Assembly (NCBI GenBank): GCA_046160105.1
Contig: JBJXGT010000036.1
Span: forward strand, 161,072 to 225,071
Length of the DNA stretch: 64,000 nucleotides
Source: Gemmatimonadales bacterium
Lineage (GTDB): Bacteria > Gemmatimonadota > Gemmatimonadetes > Gemmatimonadales > GWC2-71-9
Reading direction: 5' to 3'
In this document: positions 27,979 through 37,838 of the stretch, one piece after another
Numbering within the stretch: position 1 is the first letter of the stretch
How the letters are laid out: each line of letters opens with the position of its first letter
Program-made: the position numbers and the translations under genes
Notes under the pieces: generated by a model
Databases searched by the model: none
The model's input: only the letters and a program-made list of their open reading frames with translations
What the model was told of the DNA's origin: nothing

Positions 27979-28821
27979 TCAGGCGATCCGAACACCCATC
28001 CGGCCGCCCAGCCGGGTCGTGGCCTGGGGCGCGAAGGAATCGAGTCGGACCGGGCCCGCGGGGAACAGGGCGATCACCGTCGAGCCGTAGTTGAAGCGGG
28101 CCATCTCGGCGAACCGTTCCAGCCGAATGCCCTGCCCGCGAAAATCGGTTCGTCTCGGGGCATCGGCGTACTCGGGAATGTTCACTCCGTTCCAGACCGT
28201 CTCCACCCCGGACACCAGCAGCGCGCCGACCATCACCACGACCATGGGCCCGAAGTCGGCCTCGAAGTGGCAAACCAGGCGCTCGTTCCGGGCAAACAGC
28301 CGCGGCACATCGTCCACCGTTGCCGGCGACACGCTGAACAGACGACCCGGAAGGTGCAGCGTCTCGACCAAGGTCCCGGTCCACGGCATGTGGACCCGAT
28401 GGTAGTCCCGTGGCGACAGGTAGATGTTCATGAAGGCGCCGGCCTCGTAGGCCCTCGCCAACTCGGCGTCGCCGAGCAGCTCGGCCGCGGTGTACTCGTG
28501 GCCTTTGGCCTGAAAGATCCGGCCGCGCTCGATGGTGCCGCACTGGCTGACCCGGCCGTCGGCCGGGAGCAGGAGGGTGTTCGGATCGCCGTCGGCCACC
28601 CGCGCGCCGGGCCTCAGGGCCCGAGTGAAGAAGGCGTTGAAGCTGGGATAGTTGTCCGGGTTGGGGTCGGCGGCCTCGGTCATGTCGACGTTGAAACGGG
28701 CAATCGCTGAATGGATCAAACGGCGTTTGATCCACGGCGCTTCCGTGGTCGCCACCCGATTGGCGATCCGGGAAAGGAGGCGCTGGGGGAGCAGGTGTTG
28801 CCCGCGGGTCGACAGCCTCAT
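27979..28821 (-). CDS. psd: Phosphatidylserine decarboxylase proenzyme
   Basis: [35 protein letters not shown] autocleavage site. Confidence 0.92.
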   Translation of the reverse strand: MRLSTRGQHLLPQRLLSRIANRVATTEAPWIKRRLIHSAIARFNVDMTEAADPNPDNYPSFNAFFTRALRPGARVADGDPNTLLLPADGRVSQCGTIERGRIFQAKGHEYTAAELLGDAELARAYEAGAFMNIYLSPRDYHRVHMPWTGTLVETLHLPGRLFSVSPATVDDVPRLFARNERLVCHFEADFGPMVVVMVGALLVSGVETVWNGVNIPEYADAPRRTDFRGQGIRLERFAEMARFNYGSTVIALFPAGPVRLDSFAPQATTRLGGRMGVRIA

Positions 28822-29004
28822 CGGCGGATCATTCGGGATGCCTCGGCGCGAGGGGGTGGTCCGGCGACGGGCAGGAAACTACCCGGAGCGGCGCGTTGCG
28901 CCAGGCCCTCGGCGTCATCCCGCCGGCCGAGTGGACCGCCGGCGTGTGGCCGGGTAGGTTGGGATGTCCGAGCAGGTCGTTCGTTCTCTCCTCCCGAGAT
29001 CACC

Positions 29005-30456
29005 ATGTCGATCCGACGCCCACTCATCGTGGCCGCCCTCGCGATCCTTCCCGGGCTCGCCCAGGCGCAGGTGCGCCCGCCGGTGTACACCCCCGGGAAG
29101 CTCTCCGCCGACCAGCAGCTCGCTCGCGAGATCTACCGAGAGCTCGTCGAGATCAATACCGGCGTCACCACTGGCAACATCACGACCGCCGCCGTGGCGA
29201 TGGCGAAGCGGTTCGTGGCCGCCGGAATCCCCGAGGCCGACGTGTTCGTCGGTGGGCCGCGCCCCGAGAAGCACAACGTCGTGGCCCGACTCCGCGGCAA
29301 GGGCGGGCCGCGGGCCGGCAAGCCGGTGCTCCTGCTCGCCCACATCGATGTGGTCGAGGCCCTCAAGGCGGACTGGTCTCCCGACCTCGACCCGTTCGTG
29401 TTCACCGAGCGCGACGGCTACTACTACGGGCGGGGCACGGCCGACGACAAGGCGATGGCATCGATCTTCGTCGCCAACGTCTTCCGAATGAGGCGGGAAG
29501 GCTGGGTGCCGGATCGCGACATCATCATCGCGCTCACCGCCGACGAGGAGAGTGGGCCGGCCAACGGCGTCGACTGGCTCCTTAAGAACCACCGGGGACT
29601 CATGGAGGCGCAGTGGGTGATCAACGAAGGGGGCGGCGGCACGCTCCGCGACGGTAAGCCACTCTTCAACTCGGTCCAAGCCGCCGAGAAGATCACCACC
29701 AATTTCACCCTGCAAGTGACCAACCGAGGCGGGCACTCCTCCGTCCCGCGCGACGACAACGCCATCACCCAACTCGCCGACGCCCTCGCCAAGGTCGGGC
29801 GCTACGGCTTCCCGATCCGCCTGAACGACGTCACTCGCGAGTTCTTCAGCCGAACGGCGGAGCTCGAGGCGCCAGCGGTGGGCCGGGCGATGAAGGCGAT
29901 CGTCGCCAATCCGAACGATCCTGCCGCCCTTCGGGTTCTCGCCGCGGATCCCCGGTACAACTCCATGCTCCGCACTTCCTGCGTGGCGACCCAGCTGAAC
30001 GGTGGTCACGCCACCAACGCCCTGCCGCAGCTCGCCGAAGCGAATATCAACTGCCGGATCTACCCGACCGAGACCGCCGAGCAGGTCCGCGACTCGCTCG
30101 CCCGGGTCATCGGCGACCCCGGGGTCAAGGTCCTGATCAAGACCCAGCGACCAGCGTCGCCCGCGACAGTCCTGCTGCCGGAGGTGATGGACCCGATCAA
30201 ACGAATCACCAAGGAGATGTGGGGCGACATTCCCGTGATCCCCACGATGTCCACCGGCGCGACCGACTCCCGTTTCTTCCGGGCGCTCGGCGTGCCGGCG
30301 TACGGTGTGTCGGGCCTGTTCAGCGACCCGACCGTGGACGCGCGAGCCCATGGGCGCGATGAACGGATGCGGATTCAGTCGTATTACGAGGGACAGGAGT
30401 TCCTCTACCGCCTGACCAAAGCGCTGGCAACCGCGCCGGCACCGGCTTCGGACTAG
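29005..30456 (+). CDS. M20 family metallo-hydrolase, secreted
   Basis: Signal peptide; AHIDVV, GRGTADDK, DEES, NEGG, GGHSS, GATD, AHG. Confidence 0.9.
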   Translation: MSIRRPLIVAALAILPGLAQAQVRPPVYTPGKLSADQQLAREIYRELVEINTGVTTGNITTAAVAMAKRFVAAGIPEADVFVGGPRPEKHNVVARLRGKGGPRAGKPVLLLAHIDVVEALKADWSPDLDPFVFTERDGYYYGRGTADDKAMASIFVANVFRMRREGWVPDRDIIIALTADEESGPANGVDWLLKNHRGLMEAQWVINEGGGGTLRDGKPLFNSVQAAEKITTNFTLQVTNRGGHSSVPRDDNAITQLADALAKVGRYGFPIRLNDVTREFFSRTAELEAPAVGRAMKAIVANPNDPAALRVLAADPRYNSMLRTSCVATQLNGGHATNALPQLAEANINCRIYPTETAEQVRDSLARVIGDPGVKVLIKTQRPASPATVLLPEVMDPIKRITKEMWGDIPVIPTMSTGATDSRFFRALGVPAYGVSGLFSDPTVDARAHGRDERMRIQSYYEGQEFLYRLTKALATAPAPASD

Positions 30457-30466
30457 GCCGCCGGCG

Positions 30467-31735
30467 ATGGCTCCGACCAACATCAGTCGCCGCGCTCTGC
30501 TCCGGTATCTGGCCGCGAGCCCCTTGCTCGCCGGGCTCGGCTGTGCCGCGTCACCCGCCAAGAAAGACGCCGAGTCCGGCCTCGATCGTTTCGGCACGCT
30601 CGGCGAGCCCGACCAAGCGCTCGGCGAGGAAATCGCCCGCGCGGAGGACGCGCTCGACGTCTTCGATCTGCGGGTAACCGCCGAACGGCGGATGCCGCCG
30701 GCGCACTACGGCTACATCGCGACCGGCGTCGACGGCGACGGCACGCTCCGAGCCAACCGCTCGGCGTTCGATCGTTGGCAGACTCGCAATCGACGCCTCG
30801 CCGGCATCGCTGAGGTCGACCCGAGCACGACACTCCTCGGCACCGCGATGGAGACCCCGATCGTGGTGATGCCGGCCGGGAGCCAGAAGGCCTTCCACCC
30901 CGACGGCGAGCTCGCGACCGCGCGCGCGGCCCGGGCCCAGAACCACCTGATGATGCTGTCGACGGTCACCACGACGTCGGTCGAAGCCGTCGCCGAAGCA
31001 CGTGGTGCCCCGGTCTGGTACCAGCTCTATGCGACGGCCCGGTGGGAGATCACCGAGAAGCTCCTCCGCCGAGCCGAGGGGGCGGGTTGCCCGGCCGTGG
31101 TCCTCACGGTCGATCTCCCGGTCGCGAGCAACCGCACCAGCCTGCGGCGTTTCATCAAGCGCGACCGCCGCGACTGCACCCAGTGCCACTCTCTCGAAGA
31201 CGAACCTGGGAAGCCGAACACCCAGTACTTCCGAAAGCCGATGTTCGACGGGCTTGGGATGAAGGACCAGTACTGGGACACGCCGACGCACACCTGGGAG
31301 TTCGTCGAGCGTTTGAAGGCAGCGACCCCGATGAAGGTCGTGGTGAAGGGCATCGTGACCGCCGAGGATGCGGAGCGCTGTATCCGGCACGGCGCCGATG
31401 GGATCGTGGTCTCGAACCATGGCGGGCGGGCGGAGGAAAGTGGCCGCGCGACTCTCGATTCGCTGCCGGAGATCGTCCGGGTGGTGCGGAAGCGGATCCC
31501 GGTGATTCTCGATTCCGGCGTGCGTCGCGGCACCGACGTGTTCAAGGCGGTCGCGCTCGGCGCCGACGCGGTCGGGATCGGCCGGCCCTACCTTTGGGGG
31601 CTCGGCGCGTTCGGCCAGGCGGGGGTGGAGCGCGTGCTGAGGCTGCTCCGCGCCGAGTTGCGCACGGTGATGTCGCTCGCCGGCACCCGCTCCCTCGGCG
31701 ACGTGAGTGGCGCGACGATGGTCCGGGCGGACTGA
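30467..31735 (+). CDS. FMN-dependent alpha-hydroxy acid oxidase/dehydrogenase with Tat signal and CxxCH insert
   Basis: SRRALL; WYQLY, LTVD, VKGI, SNHGGR, DSGVRRGTD, GRP; CTQCH at 31175-31189. Confidence 0.9.
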   Translation: MAPTNISRRALLRYLAASPLLAGLGCAASPAKKDAESGLDRFGTLGEPDQALGEEIARAEDALDVFDLRVTAERRMPPAHYGYIATGVDGDGTLRANRSAFDRWQTRNRRLAGIAEVDPSTTLLGTAMETPIVVMPAGSQKAFHPDGELATARAARAQNHLMMLSTVTTTSVEAVAEARGAPVWYQLYATARWEITEKLLRRAEGAGCPAVVLTVDLPVASNRTSLRRFIKRDRRDCTQCHSLEDEPGKPNTQYFRKPMFDGLGMKDQYWDTPTHTWEFVERLKAATPMKVVVKGIVTAEDAERCIRHGADGIVVSNHGGRAEESGRATLDSLPEIVRVVRKRIPVILDSGVRRGTDVFKAVALGADAVGIGRPYLWGLGAFGQAGVERVLRLLRAELRTVMSLAGTRSLGDVSGATMVRAD

Positions 31736-31794
31736 CGCCGGCGTTGGCAGCGACCGACTGGTGCCGCCGGTTGGGCGTACCCGTGCAGCCGCCG

Positions 31795-31875
31795 GTGCAT
31801 CAGGGCTCGCGGAAAGATGCTGGTGTGCGACTCGCCGGCCATCAGCTCGCTCTTCACGGCCAACCCCGGATAGGG
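31795..31875 (-). pseudogene. C-terminal remnant of an IroE/BesA-like esterase
   Basis: YPGLAVKSELMAGESHTSIFPRALMH resembles the catalytic-His tail of that family. Confidence 0.5.
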
Positions 31876-31967
31876 TGTAGAGGGGCAGGTAGGTAGATGA
31901 CGAGCGGGTGATACCGGCTTGATGGCAGGACCATGCAGTGCATGAAAGATTGGGACCCTCGGTACGG

Positions 31968-33632
31968 TCACGGCCACTGACTGCCGGCGCAACAAGGAGG
32001 GGCTTCAGCGATTTGGCCGTTGACCGGGCGCAAGAGACGCCAGCCGCAACCCGTATCGTGGGGCGGCCGGAGGATGGCCGAGTACTTGATGTCGCCCCAC
32101 CGCATGCCCCGTCCCAGTAGCTGACCGACGTACCAATCGCGGGCATCCGGCCGCACCTCGACGGACACCGGCGCCAGTTGGCCGAGGAACCGGGCCTGCC
32201 GATAGTGAAACGCCTCCCCGAACGCGGCCTCGAGTCGTTCCGCCACCGCCTCCGGCGAGCCGGGGCATTGATTGGTGACGCAGCGGTAGCCGGGACGTTC
32301 CCCGTCGCCGGGCGTCGGGGCGAGCACGGCGAAGGCGCCTTCGCCGGGAAAGACCCGCTCCAGCGCCCGTCGGACGAATTCTTCCGCAAGCTTTTCGCCG
32401 ACCAGATCGGAAGTGTCGTGTCCCCGGCCGACGAACCGCAAGCAGGGCGTTCGCCCGTGGAGGCCGGTGACCTCGACCCGGTCGCCCAGCCGGTAGCGGG
32501 CGAGCCCCGCCGACTGGGTCACGATCACTTCGTATCGTTGGCCCTCTGCGAGTTGGTGAAGTAAGAACAGTCCTCCGTTTTCGTCCTCGAATTCGAAGAA
32601 GACCCGGTGGAGGAGGGGCACCGGGGCCGGCGCGCCCAAGCGCGGCACGGTCAGCGGCGCTTCGGTGGCCAGCAGGCCTTTGCCCTGCTGGAGGACGCTG
32701 GGAAACTCCCGGGCGAGATCTCGGGCGAACCGGGCCGCGCCCGCGTCGGTCCAACAGGAGATCAACTTGAGGTCGGGCCAGAGCGATGCCCACTCGAGCC
32801 GCGAGCTCCGGAGCTGGGCCAACCGATCCTTGGTCACCGGCGCCAGCGGAACGGAGCCGGCCCGGTGGAGGATCTCGCCGTGCGCGAAGGACGATGCGAG
32901 GAGGCCGGCATGGTCGCGGAGGAAATCGAGCAGCGCGATGAGATAGGTCGGGTGCCAGATAGAAAGAATCTCGAGATGTGGCTCCGCCACCAGGGCGGCC
33001 GCCAACACCAGTTTGAATAGGAACGGATCGCGAATTCCCTTGAGACCGGGGGGAAAGACGAAGCATCCGCCAAAGATCCGCCGGGTCCACGGCGACAGGT
33101 ACTGGGCGTCGTCCTCGAGCCCGACCGGCGCGCCACTCGCCGTCCACGCCCGCTCGTGGCAGGGCGGCGACATGCTGAAGAACATTCGGCCCGAGGTAAA
33201 CCGGGGGCCGTGGCGCACCAGATCACCGGCCCAAAGCAGAAACAGCTCGTTGAAGTCCTCGAGGAGGGAGTCGGTGTAGGGAATCAGCTTGGACGCGCCG
33301 CTGCTTCCGGACGTTGGCTCGTAGAGCCGCACCGGCCCCGGCGCTAGCACCGGGGCACGCGTTGCCATCTGGCGGTCCACCCAGGGGCGGAGCGCTTCGA
33401 AACCAACCGCGGGGAGCCGGTCGCGGAACTCCTGGTACCCCTCCGCTCCCGTGATGCCGTGGGCCCGCCCGTAGTCGGTCGTCGCGATGCCGGCGACGAG
33501 CCGGCGGCGGAGACGCTCCTGGGCGCGCGCCGGATCCGCGAGCGCGGCGGCGAAGCGCCCGGCCCGCGGGGCAAGCGCGGCCCCGAGCGCCGCCCGCGCG
33601 GTCGCCGCGCGGATGTCCTCGAAGCCGGTCAC
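31968..33632 (-). CDS. GH3 family acyl acid-amido synthetase-like protein
   Basis: EPTSGSSGASKLIP, GLLATE, RYRLGD adenylation motifs. Confidence 0.88.
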   Translation of the reverse strand: MTGFEDIRAATARAALGAALAPRAGRFAAALADPARAQERLRRRLVAGIATTDYGRAHGITGAEGYQEFRDRLPAVGFEALRPWVDRQMATRAPVLAPGPVRLYEPTSGSSGASKLIPYTDSLLEDFNELFLLWAGDLVRHGPRFTSGRMFFSMSPPCHERAWTASGAPVGLEDDAQYLSPWTRRIFGGCFVFPPGLKGIRDPFLFKLVLAAALVAEPHLEILSIWHPTYLIALLDFLRDHAGLLASSFAHGEILHRAGSVPLAPVTKDRLAQLRSSRLEWASLWPDLKLISCWTDAGAARFARDLAREFPSVLQQGKGLLATEAPLTVPRLGAPAPVPLLHRVFFEFEDENGGLFLLHQLAEGQRYEVIVTQSAGLARYRLGDRVEVTGLHGRTPCLRFVGRGHDTSDLVGEKLAEEFVRRALERVFPGEGAFAVLAPTPGDGERPGYRCVTNQCPGSPEAVAERLEAAFGEAFHYRQARFLGQLAPVSVEVRPDARDWYVGQLLGRGMRWGDIKYSAILRPPHDTGCGWRLLRPVNGQIAEAPPCCAGSQWP

Positions 33633-34411
33633 GGGCGCGAGGCCGCCGCCGGCCGACGGAGCGGTGCGCGGGTATCACGGGCCGCCCGCCTGCGGGAGAA
33701 CAACCTTCTGACCAGTCCGTGGACGAACCCCAGATTCACCCGCCCGATCATCGCGAGTTCGTCGCCCTGGGCGTAGCCGGGGTTCACCGCCACGAAGAAC
33801 CGGATCTCTGGCATTCCGAGCACCGCTCCGGTGAACGGCGCGACCGTGGCGCGGAGGACGGGCTGCTCCCGGCCGAACCGGACTACACCGCGCTCCGCGA
33901 TCCAATTCTTTCCGAACCGTTCCTGACCGAGCGAATCGATCAACGCTCGCTTCGAGTCGGGAAGCCCCCGCTCGAAATGAGGCCAGTGATCGGGGAAATA
34001 GCGCACCATCGTGAGGTAGGTGCGATACCCGTGGCAGATCAGGAACCAGTAGAGCGGCGTGAGTGGATGCCGGAGTTTCCAGCCGAGGAGCCAGAGCGCG
34101 AGCGCCCGATGGAGGGCCCGCTGGCCCCAGTATTCGGGAAGGATGATGGTGTCGCCCGAGAAGCAGGCGCCGATCTCCTGGCCCGAGTCGTGGTGCGAAT
34201 AGATGGTGGCGGTGGAGAAGCCCACCAACTCGCCGCTGCCGGTGTCCCGGCCCAGAAAGACCCGGTCCTTGTCGAGGAGATCGGCGTCGAAGGCGTCCCG
34301 GCGGACATGGTCGTAGTGCCCGGCGTAGAGCTCCCACATCCGTTCGATGAGGTCGCGACCAAGGGCACGGACGGGTACCGACGTTACCGTGAGTCTTCCG
34401 TTGTGTGGCAT
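33629..34411 (-). CDS. Hypothetical protein, probable GNAT-like fold
   Basis: GELVGFST, FSGDTIILPEYWG, YWFLICHGYRTY, NPGYAQGDEL; GGAGA RBS; GTGA-coupled to GH3. Confidence 0.7.
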   Translation of the reverse strand: MPHNGRLTVTSVPVRALGRDLIERMWELYAGHYDHVRRDAFDADLLDKDRVFLGRDTGSGELVGFSTATIYSHHDSGQEIGACFSGDTIILPEYWGQRALHRALALWLLGWKLRHPLTPLYWFLICHGYRTYLTMVRYFPDHWPHFERGLPDSKRALIDSLGQERFGKNWIAERGVVRFGREQPVLRATVAPFTGAVLGMPEIRFFVAVNPGYAQGDELAMIGRVNLGFVHGLVRRLFSRRRAARDTRAPLRRPAAASRP

Positions 34412-34419
34412 GAGTTCTC

Positions 34420-35499
34420 CTAGAGTTTGTACCGCACGGTGCGGCGGCGGAGCTCGGCCGGCGGGAAGGTCCCTTCCCGATGCCGGCGGAGCGCCCGCTG
34501 GAACCAAGTGGCGGGCTGATCGGCTACCACGGTCCGGAAGGCGCGTCCACCGTGAGCCCGCAGCGTCGCTGCCTGATTCTCCAACACGGCTCGGTCCTGG
34601 GCGACGACCCGGCGAGTGATCCATCGAATGACCGGGGTCATCAGCGGGGTGATCGCCCCGTAGCGCACGCCCATCCTGGTGTAGACCCGGGTGGTCCACT
34701 CGTCCTCCGGGGTGGCGACCAGGATCGTGACAACGTGAACACCCGCCCCGAGGTGGTAGTCCACCCGGAGCGTGTGCGGCAGGATGATTTCGTCCACGTG
34801 GCGCACCGCCCGCCGGCGTCCGCTCAGCAGCGAGCGAAAATCGCGGGTCCGTTCGGGAGGCGGCTCGACCGTCTCGACTCGAATCCCGGTCGGCGTTTCC
34901 TCGATCCGGGCTTCGGCGAAGCGGGTTGGCGCCGAGCGGAACAGCCCGTCGTGCGCGAAGCCGGTGTGGCTGCAGTCGAGGCCGTTCTCGAGAATCAGGT
35001 CCAGCGGCGCCGCCATCAGATTGTGGAGCTCGAACCAGCGATACCCGGGTGTCATGGGATGCGCGGGCGGAGGCGCCGGCGGATTGGCCGGTTCGCCCAT
35101 CCAGATCCAGATCCAGCCATCCCGCTCGACGGCCGGATGTCGTGGCACGGTGCAGGTGGGGAAATGCTCCTCCGGGGAATGACAGGGCACGTCGACGCAG
35201 CGGCCGCCCGGGTCGAACGACCAGCCGTGGTAGCGACAGACGATTCGGTCGCCCCGAACGGTGCCGATCGAGAGGGCGACGTTTTTGTGGGGGCAGCGGT
35301 CTTCCAGCCCCACGGGCGCCCCCCGGGAGTCGCGATAGAGCACCACCGACTGGCCGAGAATCCGGCGGCTGAGGGGGGCCCGGCGCAGCTCCTCCGACCG
35401 GGCGGCGACGTACCAGCCGCCGGCCGCGGGGAGCCGTGGAGACCCCGTCTCGGGCGGGGTCGCGGTGTTCGGTTCGGCGACGTTCGGTGCGGCGGTCAC
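34420..35499 (-). CDS. Rieske non-heme iron oxygenase alpha subunit
   Basis: CPH...CRYH Rieske ligands; ENGLDCSHTGFAH plus AQD iron site; GTG start after GGAGG. Confidence 0.9.
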   Translation of the reverse strand: MTAAPNVAEPNTATPPETGSPRLPAAGGWYVAARSEELRRAPLSRRILGQSVVLYRDSRGAPVGLEDRCPHKNVALSIGTVRGDRIVCRYHGWSFDPGGRCVDVPCHSPEEHFPTCTVPRHPAVERDGWIWIWMGEPANPPAPPPAHPMTPGYRWFELHNLMAAPLDLILENGLDCSHTGFAHDGLFRSAPTRFAEARIEETPTGIRVETVEPPPERTRDFRSLLSGRRRAVRHVDEIILPHTLRVDYHLGAGVHVVTILVATPEDEWTTRVYTRMGVRYGAITPLMTPVIRWITRRVVAQDRAVLENQAATLRAHGGRAFRTVVADQPATWFQRALRRHREGTFPPAELRRRTVRYKL

Positions 35500-35636
35500 G
35501 GGCTCCCTCCTGGCGGGTTCTCGGGTGGTCTCGCGTCGATAATGGCCCGGTCCGATCAAGTGGGAATCAAGCGGTCCACTTGACTGCGGCTTGACTGCCC
35601 TCGGCGAGACTCCAGGGACCTCGACGGGAACTCCCG

Positions 35637-37838
35637 ATGGATCTGTCTCGATGGGTAGTGCGCCGGCGCGGATGGGTCCTGGCGCTTTGGATCGCGACGG
35701 GCGTGGCGCTGTTTCCGGATGCGCGCCGGGTGGGAGAGCGACTCGAAGTGGCGGCCCGGGTGCGGGGGAGCGAGTCGGAGGCCGTGGCCTTGGCGCTGGC
35801 TCAGCGGTTCGAGAGCCCTTGGGCCGCGTACGCGGTACTGGTGGTTCGGGGCGTTCCCCTTCCCGACGCCGCTGAACCGGTGCCGCTCCGCGATTCACTG
35901 CGCGTTGCGGTGGAGCGACTCCCCGGAGTGACGGGGGTTCGGGTCTGGCGTGCTCCCGAGGACACGCTCTTCGTTTCCCATCCCGCTGGGGCGCAGTTCC
36001 TGATCGCCGGGCTCGATGCGCGGTCCGGCGCCGAGGACGCCTTGGTGCCCCGGCTCCGTCTCGCCACCGCGGCCGTGGCCGCCGCGCTCACAGCGCGCTA
36101 CCCCGGCGCCACCCTGCGGTGGACCGGCCAGGCGGTCCTCAACGCCGACCTTCGCGAGGCCAGCGCCGCCGACGCGAAGGCGGCGGAACGACGGGCGCTT
36201 CCCCTGACCCTGCTCCTGCTGATCGTCGCGTTCGGCACCTTGCCGGCGGCGTTGGTGCCGGTGCTGGCAGGGGCGGGCACGGTCCTGCTCTCACTTGGTT
36301 TTGCCGCGCGGCTCGGCGCCCACTGGCCCCTCTCGATTCTGCTCCAGAACTTCGTGACGATGATCGGACTCGGCTTGGGGATCGACTACGGTCTCCTGAC
36401 CGTGAGCCGATTCCGGGAGGCGCTCGCCACCGGCGCCGACCCGGCGAGTGCCGCCGCCGAAGCGGGGCACCGGGCCGGCCACACCATCGCCCTGTCGGGG
36501 CTTGCGGTGGCGATTGGGTTTCTCGCGTTGCTCGCGGTGCCGCTGGCGGAGCTCCGCTCGGTGGCGGTCGGCGGGCTTCTCGCGACGCTGGTGGCGGTCC
36601 TGCTCTCGGTCACCCTCCTTCCCGCCCTCCTCTCCTGGCTCGGCGCCGGAATCAATCGGATTCCGCTCCGTCCCTTCCGGCCCGACGGCGCGGCGGGGGA
36701 ACGGTGGCGGCGGTGGGGCCGGATGGTGGCCGCGCGGCCGCTCCGGGTCTTGCTCGTGGCCGGTCTCCCGCTTGCGGTGCTCGGGTGGCAGGCGCGTCGT
36801 CTCGAGGCGGGACTCCCCCGGGGGGATTGGCTGCCTCCTGCCATGGAGTCGGCGAAGGGGCTCCACGATCTCGAGGTTGCCGGGCGGAGTGGCGTCTTGC
36901 AGAGCGTCAGAGTTCTGGTCGAGTTGCCGGCCGGCGCGGGGGCGCTCACGCCGGCCGGGTGGACGGCGCTCCGGCGCCTCGGGGCCCGGCTTGCCACCGA
37001 GCCAGAGATCGGCACGGTGCGTTCGTTCACGCCGTTCGATGCCGAGCGACCGATGTCGAAGCTCCTCTACTTCGCGATCGAGCCGGCGGACCGCCGGAGT
37101 TGGGTCACGGAGGATCGCCGAGGGGTGCTCCTCGAGGCGGTCCCCAGCGAGGGAGTGGATCCGCACCGACTGATTGACGTGGCGGCCCGGTTCCGGCGGA
37201 TCGACGCCGCGGCGGTTAGCGGCCTGCCAGGGGTGCGGCTCGCGGTGGGAGGGCTGCCCGCTTTTCGGCTCGACTACGCCGACGCGGTGGCAGGGTGGCT
37301 GCCTCGGGTGGCCGGGCTGGTGCTCGTCGCGACCTTCGTGGTGCTCTGTCTGGGCTTTCGCTCCGTGCTCATTCCCCTCAAAGCGGTGCTGCTGAATCTC
37401 CTCTCGGTGGCGGGGGGCTTCGGCGTGGTCGTGCTGGTGTTTCAGGAAGGTCATGGCGCCGCGCTCTTCGGGCTCGCGGGACCGACCAAGGAGGTGTTCG
37501 GCGTGATCCCGACCTTGGTCTTCTGTACCGTCTTCGGGCTCAGTATGGACTACGAGGTATTCCTCGTGGCGCGGGTGGCCGAAGCCCGGCGCGAGGGGCT
37601 CGGGGAAGTGGAGGCGATCGCCGAGGGATTGGCGCGCACCGGGCCGGTCATCACCAGCGCAGCCGCGATCATGGTCGTGGTGTTCGGCGCCTTCACGCTC
37701 GGGCATTTCCTGGTGCTGCAGATGCTCGGGCTGGCGCTCGCCGTGGCGGTGCTCCTCGACGCGACGGTCGTCCGGGTCGCAATCGGTCCAGCCTTGCTGT
37801 CATTGGCGGGCCGATGGAACTGGTGGCCGGGCCGATGA
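35637..37838 (+). CDS. MMPL family (RND) transporter
   Basis: GLGLGIDYGLL..SRFRE and FGLSMDYEVFL motifs, GRWNWW end. Confidence 0.92.
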   Translation: MDLSRWVVRRRGWVLALWIATGVALFPDARRVGERLEVAARVRGSESEAVALALAQRFESPWAAYAVLVVRGVPLPDAAEPVPLRDSLRVAVERLPGVTGVRVWRAPEDTLFVSHPAGAQFLIAGLDARSGAEDALVPRLRLATAAVAAALTARYPGATLRWTGQAVLNADLREASAADAKAAERRALPLTLLLLIVAFGTLPAALVPVLAGAGTVLLSLGFAARLGAHWPLSILLQNFVTMIGLGLGIDYGLLTVSRFREALATGADPASAAAEAGHRAGHTIALSGLAVAIGFLALLAVPLAELRSVAVGGLLATLVAVLLSVTLLPALLSWLGAGINRIPLRPFRPDGAAGERWRRWGRMVAARPLRVLLVAGLPLAVLGWQARRLEAGLPRGDWLPPAMESAKGLHDLEVAGRSGVLQSVRVLVELPAGAGALTPAGWTALRRLGARLATEPEIGTVRSFTPFDAERPMSKLLYFAIEPADRRSWVTEDRRGVLLEAVPSEGVDPHRLIDVAARFRRIDAAAVSGLPGVRLAVGGLPAFRLDYADAVAGWLPRVAGLVLVATFVVLCLGFRSVLIPLKAVLLNLLSVAGGFGVVVLVFQEGHGAALFGLAGPTKEVFGVIPTLVFCTVFGLSMDYEVFLVARVAEARREGLGEVEAIAEGLARTGPVITSAAAIMVVVFGAFTLGHFLVLQMLGLALAVAVLLDATVVRVAIGPALLSLAGRWNWWPGR

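Noticed and set aside
31968-33632. Auxin conjugation or plant-interaction gene
   Set aside because: The family name comes from plants; nothing here indicates IAA as substrate.
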